64,000 nt of DNA, from assembly GCA_050010755.1 (NCBI GenBank), contig JBEKKK010000001.1:736001-800000 (forward strand), read 5' to 3'. The notes under the pieces were generated by a model, which did not search any database, was not told where the DNA came from, and saw only the letters and a program-made list of their open reading frames with translations. Both the position numbers and the translations under genes were made by a program. This document shows positions 19,876 through 29,390 of the stretch, in pieces. Position 1 is the stretch's first letter, and each line of letters begins with the position of its first letter. This DNA is from Candidatus Bathyarchaeia archaeon (GTDB lineage Archaea > Thermoproteota > Bathyarchaeia > Bathyarchaeales > Bathycorpusculaceae).

Positions 19876-20101
19876 GAAAACAGTTAGATGCTAGTTTCTG
19901 AACCCGCCCTCATTGCAAATGATAACTGCATGTCCGACGTTGCTCCCACTTACCTTCTCAAACATGTAGAGTTTCGTCCTGAATGCGTTTTGAAGTCTTT
20001 CGCGCGCGTACCTGTTTGGTCAAGAACAAGAATCCACTTAGCGAACGATATGGAAAAGACTTTCTATCGAACGAATTCGCATGAAAATGAGGCAAACCGA
20101 A

Positions 20102-20575
20102 TCAACTTGAGTCCACCGTCAGGCTAACCGTCTCAGTGTCAAATCTTGTTGAGTTGAAGTAAAACTCCGCATTTATTGGGTATGTGCTCGTGAGAGCCCC
20201 TCCTGTCGATGTTGGGATGACGGTCAAAGAGTAAGTCGATTGTTGACCAGCATTTAGGCTCATCTGGAAGTATGGCAACCCCTCACTATTAGGAAGCGGA
20301 GAACCATCCTTAAAGAAAGTCAAAGGACTAGTAGTGTTGAATATCAGCATTACGTTGTGCGGCTCAACTGCGTCATTATTCTTGATTGTAAAATTAAATA
20401 GGGCAGATTTATTTACGACCACTTCGCTCGGATTCAAAGAAACACCGCTCACTGTGAATGCCGAAGTTCCCTGAGTAGAATACCACCATGCGACCCCAAT
20501 GATTATACCGACAACAATCAAAACTAGAATTAGGATTCCACCTTTGGCTATTCCACTGTTTGAACGAGAATGCAA
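20102..20575 (-). CDS. membrane-anchored protein with extracellular Ig-like beta domain
   Basis: N-terminal hydrophobic helix, S/T/N-rich beta-strand pattern. Confidence 0.65.
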   Translation of the reverse strand: MHSRSNSGIAKGGILILVLIVVGIIIGVAWWYSTQGTSAFTVSGVSLNPSEVVVNKSALFNFTIKNNDAVEPHNVMLIFNTTSPLTFFKDGSPLPNSEGLPYFQMSLNAGQQSTYSLTVIPTSTGGALTSTYPINAEFYFNSTRFDTETVSLTVDSS

Positions 20576-20651
20576 AATAGTTCTTTCTCCAAGTTGATGA
20601 CACGACAGAGACGCTTTTAAGTTTAACTATAGAGTCAAGGATTCAAAGTCA

Positions 20652-20981
20652 AAAGACAGAAATCTTAAATCTGCACAGCAACAGAGGACAAACTACAGGC
20701 TCAAGAATGAGTAAGGCTTTGCCAGAGAATAGAAAACCATTGAAATGTGACTTTGAGGAATGCCCAGAAATGGTTCAATGGTATAGAAAGTATAAAGGAA
20801 AACTCTGGAAATTATGCACTAAACATGAGGCTTTTATGGCAAGGCAACATCAAGGTCATTCTGTAGACCGTGACCACTTAACCCCAGATGATTGGCGATA
20901 CTTGAGGCAAAAGGATTTAGAAGAAGAAGAGTAGTCTCTAGTCAAGCTGAAAGACAGAAATCTTAAATCTGCACAGCAACA
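20652..20981 (+). repeat. 32-bp exact direct repeat (promoter/leader) in front of two small ORFs
   Basis: AAAGACAGAAATCTTAAATCTGCACAGCAACA at 20652-20683 and 20950-20981; similarity continues to both ATGs. Confidence 0.92.
20707..20934 (+). CDS. small Zn-finger protein (CxxxxC...CxxH)
   Basis: CDFEEC and CTKH; directly behind the repeated leader. Confidence 0.65.
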   Translation: MSKALPENRKPLKCDFEECPEMVQWYRKYKGKLWKLCTKHEAFMARQHQGHSVDRDHLTPDDWRYLRQKDLEEEE

Positions 20982-21005
20982 AAAGACGAACTAGAGGTTC
21001 AACAA

Positions 21006-21392
21006 ATGACATTACCAAACTTGGACGAAGTGCGCTATGCTGTTTCAGATTCAATCAAGACCGTTGAGAATCTAATCGAAAAGCTATCTACTCAAAAATC
21101 TCTAACTCACCAAGAATTTCGTCATGATTACCACTCTATAATGATGGAGCTTCTTCAAATTGAGGATGAAACCCAATTGCTTACTGTAAATGACAAATAC
21201 AGTAAGGGATTTTATAAAATGAAGAAAATCCTTCTTTCGCTGCTTGACATAGACAAAATAGAGAAGAAACACGCAAACGACCACTTCATTTTCTTGGACA
21301 CTCAACTTACGAAAGACATGCGAAAAGACCTAATCAAGTTCTTCAAGAACATCTCCAAGCAGCTTAAACAAGTTCTGAAAACACTCAACTAA
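21006..21392 (+). CDS. hypothetical helical protein
   Basis: 128-aa ORF directly behind the second leader copy. Confidence 0.65.
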   Translation: MTLPNLDEVRYAVSDSIKTVENLIEKLSTQKSLTHQEFRHDYHSIMMELLQIEDETQLLTVNDKYSKGFYKMKKILLSLLDIDKIEKKHANDHFIFLDTQLTKDMRKDLIKFFKNISKQLKQVLKTLN

Positions 21393-21466
21393 AGCTCTTG
21401 TCAAGCTGAAAGCTGAATATGAGAAGACGAAAACTTGGCTGAAGAGCGCGCGCTATAGCATGCATT

Positions 21467-22684
21467 TTAGGCTCCAATGTTCATGAAATCTGCAAGTGAA
21501 GAATTTTTCTGTTCTGTAACCTCTTTCTCAGGATAAGCCTTAGTTACGAGTTTACCTTTGAATGCCTTAGACATCAGGGAGTCCTGCAGTTTAGCGATTT
21601 CTTTGGTTGATATGCCTTGGTTCCCCCTTAAGCTGTTGATTCCTTCAACGATACTCACAAATCGCTCCTGCAAATCCAATCGTGGAAGTGGGATTCGCAG
21701 GTCACCGACTTGTTTAAGGTTCAAATGTAGTCTTGTAGCTCCTCTCTTGATGTTCTCAATTTGCTCTCTAACATAGTCAGTAGATAGCGCATGAACTACA
21801 TAAGTCGGGTTGACCAAATCTTTCCTGAGACGGACCAATGCTTGGTCTTGGTTCATGTTCGCAGGACAGACATCTGCTGTTACTATCGCACACCGTCCCA
21901 AAGTTCCTGCTATGCTAATCACAACGTCATCAGGGTGAAGTTGTGACCGTTTCATTCTTGAGTGAACCGTTTCTGTAATGTAGTCTGCATCATCAAGCAC
22001 AATTCTGAAGTCTTTTATGTTCTTGATGCGAATTATGGGGACTCCGCTGCTCTGATATCTGTCCCCCTTCCAAAGAGGCGACTCACCTTTGGTAATTAAG
22101 GTGCTCACTTCTTTCAGTTTCTTCATGGGTACATTGAAATCATGTGTCTTAGGGTCTCTAAACATTTGCACGAAGACAGCTTGAAGAAGTTTGTTTGTCA
22201 GCAGATTCGCCTGTTTCCTCTTTACAAGAAGGGCGTCAGCTTTTTCAAGAATTCTCACTATCCGTTCTTGGTAATCTAATGGAGGGACGATGATTTTCTT
22301 CCTTTTAAGGAACCTATAATGCCGGCTGTATCCTGCGTTTTCAATGGGTATCCATCGAAGTTGGTAGTAGAAGAACTTGGGAATCAGGATGTTCTTTCTG
22401 ACTCTAATGATTTTGGTTCCGTCTGCACCCACACAAAAAGGAAAATTCACGAATTTGACAATTCTTGTATGGTCACCAAAAATAACTGAGTCCCCTTCTT
22501 TGGGAAAGACTTTGGAAATCTCATCCGAATATCCTGCAATGAACTCTTGCCCTTGGTCAATAATCGGAAACTTTCCCTTCTCTTTGTAGTCAGAACGTTT
22601 TATTTTGATTTTCGAAGGGGTGCTATCTCCTTCTATGCAACTCTCAAAATCTACAATCCTCCAATCCTTTGGCAACGTTGTCAT
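21467..22684 (-). CDS. hsdS: type I R-M specificity subunit
   Basis: LPKDW start, two TRDs each followed by PPLDYQERIV / LPRLDLQERF conserved helices, KAFKGKLV. Confidence 0.95.
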   Translation of the reverse strand: MTTLPKDWRIVDFESCIEGDSTPSKIKIKRSDYKEKGKFPIIDQGQEFIAGYSDEISKVFPKEGDSVIFGDHTRIVKFVNFPFCVGADGTKIIRVRKNILIPKFFYYQLRWIPIENAGYSRHYRFLKRKKIIVPPLDYQERIVRILEKADALLVKRKQANLLTNKLLQAVFVQMFRDPKTHDFNVPMKKLKEVSTLITKGESPLWKGDRYQSSGVPIIRIKNIKDFRIVLDDADYITETVHSRMKRSQLHPDDVVISIAGTLGRCAIVTADVCPANMNQDQALVRLRKDLVNPTYVVHALSTDYVREQIENIKRGATRLHLNLKQVGDLRIPLPRLDLQERFVSIVEGINSLRGNQGISTKEIAKLQDSLMSKAFKGKLVTKAYPEKEVTEQKNSSLADFMNIGA

Positions 22685-24192
22685 TCTATCATCTTTTTCA
22701 ATTCATCAAGGTCTTTCAAAATTTCCTCTTCACTTGTCATTACTTGGTCAATTATCTGAACGGGGTTCTCATAGTCAATTTGAACTTGTTCTATTTCCTT
22801 GTATTGTGAAATTGACAAACTAAAATTATTCTTCGTGATTCTATCAATAGGAACTACGATACTCTGAGTAGCTTCCTTACGTTTTCTGAACATCTCTATA
22901 ATGTTAGGAATGTCGCCTTTGCCATCAATGAAGTCCCTTTTTTGGTCCAGACTGTATCCATCTTTTAGCATTTCATAGAACCAAACATTCTCAGTCTTGC
23001 CACCTTTCACAAATACCAAAACTGCTGTGCTGACTCCCGCATACGGCTGAAACACTCCTGAGGGCATGGATACCACCGCTTCAAGCTGACATTTTTCCAA
23101 CAGCATTCTCCTAGCCTGCACATGAGCATTGGAAGAGCCAAACAAGACACCATTGGGAACAATTACAGCAGCTCTCCCACCGACTCTAAGCAGGTTATAG
23201 AACAACTCCAAGAATAGGAGTTCAGTTTTCGTGGTGGTAAGTTTGAATGCGTCATTGATGTCGCTTTTGTCTATTGACCCTGCAAAGGGTGGATTGGCAA
23301 AAACAATATCATACTGTTGTTTCTGTTCAAACTTTCTGGATAGTGTATCGGCATAGCGGATGTTTGGTCTTTCTATCCCGTGGAGAATCATGTTCATGAG
23401 TCCAATGCGAATCATCGTTGAATCAAAATCAAAACCGTAGAAAGTCTCTCTCTTCAGTAAGTTCCAATGAGCTTTTTCAACTATTCTGTCGCCTACAAGA
23501 TTATGCGCTTTGCCGTCCTCTTCGGTTACAATTATGTCGTTGCTTGTGTATTTTCTGAGGATGTGTTCATATGCCCCGATTAGGAAGCCTGCTGTTCCAC
23601 AGGCAGGGTCACAGACTGTTTGTCCAATGTCAGGGTCAACAAGCTCAACCATCATGCGGATTACGTGTCTTGGAGTCCTGAACTGTCCATTCTTCCCTGA
23701 GGTTTTCAACTCACTCAAGAGGTATTCATAGATGTCTCCTTGAGTGTCTTGGTTTCTTTCCGTGATGTTCATCTCATCAATTATTGCAACCGCTTCCTGT
23801 AGCAGAGAAGCCTTCGGGATGGCAAACATGGCATCTTTCATGTATTGAGAGTAGAGAACGTCATCTCCGTTGTGAAGAGTCTTTATGAAGGGAAAGACCA
23901 CTCCTTGAAAATGCTTGAGCATGTCCTCAGCATTCAGATGCTTCCATTGAGACCACCTGCAGTTTTCGTGCCCTTCAAAGACGGATTTGTGCTGTTCTCC
24001 TCTTGCTGCGGCCCTTTTGGCGTGGATTGCGTCCAAGTCTTCGAGTCTCTTGATGAAAATCAGATAGGACATTTGTTCAATTGCGGTTAGCGGATTTGCT
24101 ATTCCTCCTGACCAAAACCTATCCCAGAGCTTGTTAATCTGCGACTTGAGTTCAGGAGCTAACACGTGTTCCTTTCCTCTCCAATTGAGCAC
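22681..24192 (-). CDS. hsdM: type I R-M N6-adenine methyltransferase
   Basis: GQFRTPRH, DPACGTAGFL (motif I), ANPPF (motif IV); true start probably GTG at 24165. Confidence 0.96.
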   Translation of the reverse strand: MLNWRGKEHVLAPELKSQINKLWDRFWSGGIANPLTAIEQMSYLIFIKRLEDLDAIHAKRAAARGEQHKSVFEGHENCRWSQWKHLNAEDMLKHFQGVVFPFIKTLHNGDDVLYSQYMKDAMFAIPKASLLQEAVAIIDEMNITERNQDTQGDIYEYLLSELKTSGKNGQFRTPRHVIRMMVELVDPDIGQTVCDPACGTAGFLIGAYEHILRKYTSNDIIVTEEDGKAHNLVGDRIVEKAHWNLLKRETFYGFDFDSTMIRIGLMNMILHGIERPNIRYADTLSRKFEQKQQYDIVFANPPFAGSIDKSDINDAFKLTTTKTELLFLELFYNLLRVGGRAAVIVPNGVLFGSSNAHVQARRMLLEKCQLEAVVSMPSGVFQPYAGVSTAVLVFVKGGKTENVWFYEMLKDGYSLDQKRDFIDGKGDIPNIIEMFRKRKEATQSIVVPIDRITKNNFSLSISQYKEIEQVQIDYENPVQIIDQVMTSEEEILKDLDELKKMIE

Positions 24193-27011
24193 ATAGTTGT
24201 ATTACTTCCTTCAAATCTTCATCTTCAAACAATGGAATAGGAGCGTTGACTCCAAAATTGGTGAAAGGAGGCTCAAACAAGTCACCATAATCAATATGAT
24301 GCTTCTTGGTAAAAACTGTCTGTATAGTTCTCAGAAAGTTCACTTGGTCAGCATTAAGATAGTTCTTCTCAATCATGAACGTCTTAAAAGCATCTTCAAT
24401 CATCTTCTTAGGTTCAGGAAAACTGTACAAGCCTAAAACGTTCTTGATGAACTGCACAAGTGTTCCCCTGTTTTGTTTGAAGGCTTTCTGCAACACTTCT
24501 TCCGTGATGTAGAGCTCAGGACTATTCAGAGTCAACTCAAGATTTACCAAGTCTTCCTCGTTCAAGGCCTCATTATTCTTTATCTTTAGAATTGTCGGAT
24601 TTTTATCAGCAAGCTGCCTAATCCTCTCTTCAACTTTCTGAATGTAGGTTTTCACATACTCATGAGAAGGCAACGGTCCATACGCAATGATTTCTCTCTC
24701 TTTTATCCAATCATCAATATCCAATTTGATAGTAGGTCTTGGTTCAGAAAGCTTGTATCGCATCAACGGACCAAATTCTCTACCAAGCATCTGAGCATCT
24801 TCATAGGATATGCTTGTCCAAAAATCAGCACGGAGAACCCTGTTTAGCAAATGTTGCTTTTCCTTTACTGCATTAATCGTTGTTGGCAGACAGTTCAAGT
24901 ATTCTCCTATAGAGTCCCGAAGTGCTTCAATCTCTACTTGACTCTTGTGCAAGATTGCCAAACTCAACTGCTCAACTTTAAGCATGAAATAGGCTTCATC
25001 AGGATTGACATCAGACTTGTACTTCATAAGCGGAGCAATCTTTCCCTTCAAAAACTCCAACTGATTAACGCCTATCATATCCCAAAAATCAGGAGAAAGC
25101 GCCTTCTCCAACTCCCTCATATGTTCCTTAACAGAAGCTGAATCCACAGGCAAGCTATTCATATCAGCAGTCAGTTTTCCCTTGACCTGCTCAGACCTCA
25201 CATCTTTGACACTTAGGAAATAGTCCATTTGCTGCAATCTTGCAATGAAAATCTTTATAGGAACAGCCTCAGCAGGCTTCTCCTCTTTCCCAGGAGGATG
25301 CATCTTGAACCATTCAAAGTTCTTCCAAAAATCAAAAATCAAAAATCAAAAAATACTCTTTCTTACGGTTTGGCAACCAATGCCTATGAAGCTCTTTACA
25401 GGTTTGGTCATTTCTTGTACCTCTGCCAATCATCTGCCAAAACCTAATCTTGGAAAACACAGGCTTGGCAAAAGCAAGATTGCACACTTCGGGAACATCT
25501 ATCCCCGTATCAAGCATATCAACCGAAATGGCAACCTTCGGAAAATCATCATTTTTGAATTCGCTAATCAGCTGCTGTGCTCTGCTGTCTTCTGAAACTA
25601 TGATTCTTGTGAGCCTTCCTTTATACTGCGGATAGAGTTTTTCAAAGGCTTCCCACAGCCGTTTAGCATGCTTCTTTGAGACGGCAAATATGATTGATTT
25701 TGCAGGCAGAGTTCCTGTTTCATCCATCACGCAGTTGTCCATGAACTCTTTGACTATGGCTTCATTCGTGCCTACTACAACTACCTTTTTCTCAATGTCT
25801 GTGCCCTCAAAATTGAGTTCTTCCTCCTCAATCCCCAATTCCTCTAAAACTTTCTTCTTTACCTCGTCAGGCACGTCTTCAGGTTTTATACCTTCAATCT
25901 GAAAATAAGTTTGGGCAGCATAAACTTTGTAATCAACAAGGTAGCCCTCAGCTACAGCTTGTTCATAAGTGTAAAGATATGTTGGCACACCACCTTCACA
26001 TTCAAAAAACCTGAAGGTGTCTCTCTCTATCAATTCTGAAGGAGTGGCTGTCAAGCCTATTTCCATAGCGTCAAAATATGTGAAGACCTCTTTCCACTTA
26101 TTGTATATGGACCTGTGAGCTTCATCTGAAATGATAACGTCAAAATCACCGCAAGAGAATTGCTGATAACACTCCATGAAAGTCTGTATTGTGGACGCGT
26201 AAAGACGTGGGAACTTCTGCACGTCTCCTGAAAAAACCTTCACCTTGGATTCATTTGGAAAGAACGTTTTGAACCCCAAATCTCCGTAAGCCTGGTCTCT
26301 TAACGCTTTTCTGTCCGCAAGAAAAAGGATTCTCTGTCCTCTATTTGCCCTCAGCAGAACATCAATGAGTGCCATTGCCACACGTGTCTTGCCCGTGCCC
26401 GTTGCTTGAACAATGAGGAACTTTCTTTTCCCTTTCTCGATTCCTTCAAGAACTCTCTTAACCGCTTCAATCTGGTATGGTCTGTCAACAATTTCCTTCT
26501 TAATAGGCACATCTTGAAAGTCTTTCTTTGAATAATTTTGGAACCGTATCCTCTCAAGCGAGTTCCTGTCATGGAATCCACTGACCATTCGGGGATTCTC
26601 AAACGGCTTATTCCAAAACCAAATCTCATAACCATTAGTCAAAAAGATGAATGTATCCTTGCCTGTCTGCTGCCTAATATCTGCAACATAACCTTCAGCC
26701 TGCCTCTGCCCCAAAATAGGGTCTTTGGATGTCCTCTTGACTTCAACAACCGCCAAAGGAAGCCCTTTTGAATCCAACAACAGATAATCAGCATAAGCAC
26801 TATCCTCAGGATTCTTCAACGTCTCCGGCATCGTCTTGTACTTGCCATAGTTGAAGTCGGACTGTTTTGTATCGACTTCTTCAATGACTTTAGTTCTGTC
26901 TTTTGAGCCCCAACCACATCTTTTCAGCAATTTATCTATCTTTTCTCTACGAGTTCTATATTCAGACAGACCTGCCATTTCTGTCACTGATTCAGTCTGC
27001 AAATATGTCAC
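24152..27011 (-). pseudogene. hsdR: type I R-M restriction subunit (EcoEI/EcoAI-like), split by a frameshift at a 7-bp tandem repeat
   Basis: N part: ADYLL..VVEVK nuclease, ATGTGKT, DEAH, QMIGRGTR. C part: EcoEI-type C-terminus. Junction is (AAAAATC)3 at 25327-25347. Confidence 0.92.
25327..25347. repeat. (AAAAATC)3 simple sequence repeat in hsdR
   Basis: removing one unit restores EYFLIFDFWKNFEWF. Confidence 0.95.
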
Positions 27012-27119
27012 AAGATAGGCTATAGCATTTGTGCAGGTAAAGGTAGGCGCGCACTAACCAATCTATCAATGTAAATAAGACCTTTTAAGGTAGTACGTGT
27101 TTAACGATTCTGAGAAAGC

Positions 27120-28295
27120 ATGTTCTATACTGGATTTGACTCCACAAAATTAGCAAAAAAGTTCATCCCTTTAGAAGATTTCCTTAACAAGCCGCAGGAA
27201 TCTGACCAAACGAACGCTGAGGAACTGAACTCAGAATCTCCTAAACCTGAGCAACTCAAAGAGGAACCCATTGATTCCGAAGAGGCAAATGCAATGCCCA
27301 AGTTGCCTATTGTATTAAAGGCATTAATCGGAGCGTCAGTCACAACGCAAGACTCAGATTTTGACGAACATTATAAAACTACTCTTGGCAACGTATTTGA
27401 AAGACACGATATTCGACTGGAAAAAACGATTTACAAAGGCGCACACATAGTGAAGCAGATAGGCGCAAACTTTGACCAAGTATTTACTGAAATCTTGAAC
27501 GAAATAGGACCAGCTCTCGCTCATATAGACCTTTATTTTGCCACATATCCTAAACCGTTCGTTTCGATTTTTGGCAAGGCTCAAGGAGAGCGATTACGTC
27601 CTTTGGAATACATAGAGAAACATCAAAATGGATTTGCGCATGCGTGTGCATGGTGGCATTGGAGAACTTACTCTAGAGCTGAAACAGAATATGAATATCA
27701 TATTGACCATTTTGAAGGTAGGGCAACACCAGCATGGGCTGAAATGGAATCTAGCAAAGTGAACATAAAATCATACTACAATGGATCTGAATGCGACTGT
27801 CTTATTTCCTTTGCTGACCTTATCTTGAAAGCATTAGACATATTCCATTTTGGAACTATTGACTACCGAAGCATCTCTCAACCAATAAGGAAGAGAGCTA
27901 GAACCTTCGCCCTAACTCAAAAAATAAAGAGCTACGATTTAGCGAAATATGATTGGACAATAAAAGCAACAGTTCCTGAGTTGCCACTAGACATAAACCT
28001 CAATCGCTATGTGAAGCATCCAATATATTTCATTGCATGGACTCCAACATTACCAAGAAAAACAGTAAAAGTGAGTTTTGAATGGAGTAAATTATACAAC
28101 TCTATAATTCAGAAAGCGATTAAGGCAAAAGGGTGCGTGAAATTTCTGGACTTTGACAAAGACATGACTTTCTGGGATACAACCGATTTCATCATACCTT
28201 GGGAAGCCCCTGACGAAGAACATGTGAGGCTTCTATTAAGCATGGGATTTGAAAGGATGCCAAAAATACTAAAATCATCCGATATAATAACATAA
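27120..28295 (+). CDS. DUF3800-like RNase H-fold protein (tentative)
   Basis: N-terminal YTGFDS, central YHIDH, and GSECDCLISFADLI resembling the DUF3800 S..IQ.AD motif. Confidence 0.5.
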   Translation: MFYTGFDSTKLAKKFIPLEDFLNKPQESDQTNAEELNSESPKPEQLKEEPIDSEEANAMPKLPIVLKALIGASVTTQDSDFDEHYKTTLGNVFERHDIRLEKTIYKGAHIVKQIGANFDQVFTEILNEIGPALAHIDLYFATYPKPFVSIFGKAQGERLRPLEYIEKHQNGFAHACAWWHWRTYSRAETEYEYHIDHFEGRATPAWAEMESSKVNIKSYYNGSECDCLISFADLILKALDIFHFGTIDYRSISQPIRKRARTFALTQKIKSYDLAKYDWTIKATVPELPLDINLNRYVKHPIYFIAWTPTLPRKTVKVSFEWSKLYNSIIQKAIKAKGCVKFLDFDKDMTFWDTTDFIIPWEAPDEEHVRLLLSMGFERMPKILKSSDIIT

Positions 28296-28638
28296 CAAAA
28301 TAATGCGTTTTCACGCAAGGAGTGCACCCTTTGGGCTTAGAGTGTACCAAGTATACAGCGTTTATAAAGTCGTATTTAACACTTGTGGAGCACGGTTCTA
28401 TTTGTCATCGTCTCGCATGTGTCCCACGTCTGTCCAACGCGTGTCTCACATCTATATTACACTTGTTAGATGGACGACAATTATCTTATGGTTATTCTTT
28501 TCTTAATGCATTTGTTCCCATTCTTCCCGAGTCAAGACGCCTTTTCCTCCCGCTAGGCCTGAGAGTATAGTATCCAGTGGGTCTAATTCTAGCGCGCGCG
28601 GGCTCACCGCGTTAACACTGGTGACGAGCATTGATTGT

Positions 28639-29390
28639 TGACTGTTCAAAACCTGTTCTATAATATAGAGAGAACGCATATTGAACATCTAGGGTAGAGA
28701 ATTTGAGAGTGCATTCCAAGAGCTACCACAGCGATGCTTTAAACCTTCGGACACGATGCCAGGCTTGAAGTACTCGATTGGATGAAGTTCTTCCCGCTTA
28801 CACCAGAAATTGGTAAACCTGTCACGTGGATTCTGCAGCAGTTCATCAGCAGTCGCGTAGCCGATGAGGTGAACTGAGTTTTCATGAGCCGCGTTCAAAC
28901 CCAACACGTAAAAGCTTTCTTTGAGGGTGGTTTCTTTGAACGTTAAACCCCATTTGTTTTTGACGCGTGTTTTTACGTTGTACGGCTGGGCGCCTATGAA
29001 TCCATCTGGCTGATGCGGCCACACATTCACATCGTTGAACTTGAACACGAGACGCCAGGGTTCACCGAGCAACGTGTGAACTGCAATTTCACCGAAATAA
29101 CCGACCCAGTGGTTCCTAAGAATGTTAGAGAAGTGTTCATGCGTGAGTGCATTATCGTGTATAGCTTTCACTAAAGCTTCCCACGAGGTTTGAGGAGGCA
29201 GCTTCATCTCCTCAAGCAGATGCTTCAAGTCTTTATGCATGTTAGACACGCCCAGCTTCGTCAGTTCACGTATGTGCTGCTGAACGCCGCTTTCACTTTC
29301 AAAGATTTTTCGGATGTTTACCGCAATCATGCTGCTCCACCTGCTCAATATTTGTTCCTTATGTATTATAGAACAGGTTTTGAACAGTCA
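28639..29390. repeat. 752-bp module bounded by inverted repeats (27 bp perfect, 42/49 extended)
   Basis: TGACTGTTCAAAACCTGTTCTATAATA at 28639-28665 and its reverse complement at 29364-29390. Confidence 0.93.
28689..29330 (-). CDS. PD-(D/E)XK restriction-endonuclease-fold protein
   Basis: GYFGEIAV...QPDGFI...YNVKT motif; ATG at 29330 preceded by AGGTGG. Confidence 0.65.
   Translation of the reverse strand: MIAVNIRKIFESESGVQQHIRELTKLGVSNMHKDLKHLLEEMKLPPQTSWEALVKAIHDNALTHEHFSNILRNHWVGYFGEIAVHTLLGEPWRLVFKFNDVNVWPHQPDGFIGAQPYNVKTRVKNKWGLTFKETTLKESFYVLGLNAAHENSVHLIGYATADELLQNPRDRFTNFWCKREELHPIEYFKPGIVSEGLKHRCGSSWNALSNSLP

Noticed and set aside
20652-21412. CRISPR array
   Set aside because: Only two full repeats, separated by ORF-sized intervals, and no cas genes. 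No CRISPR array was seen anywhere in the window.
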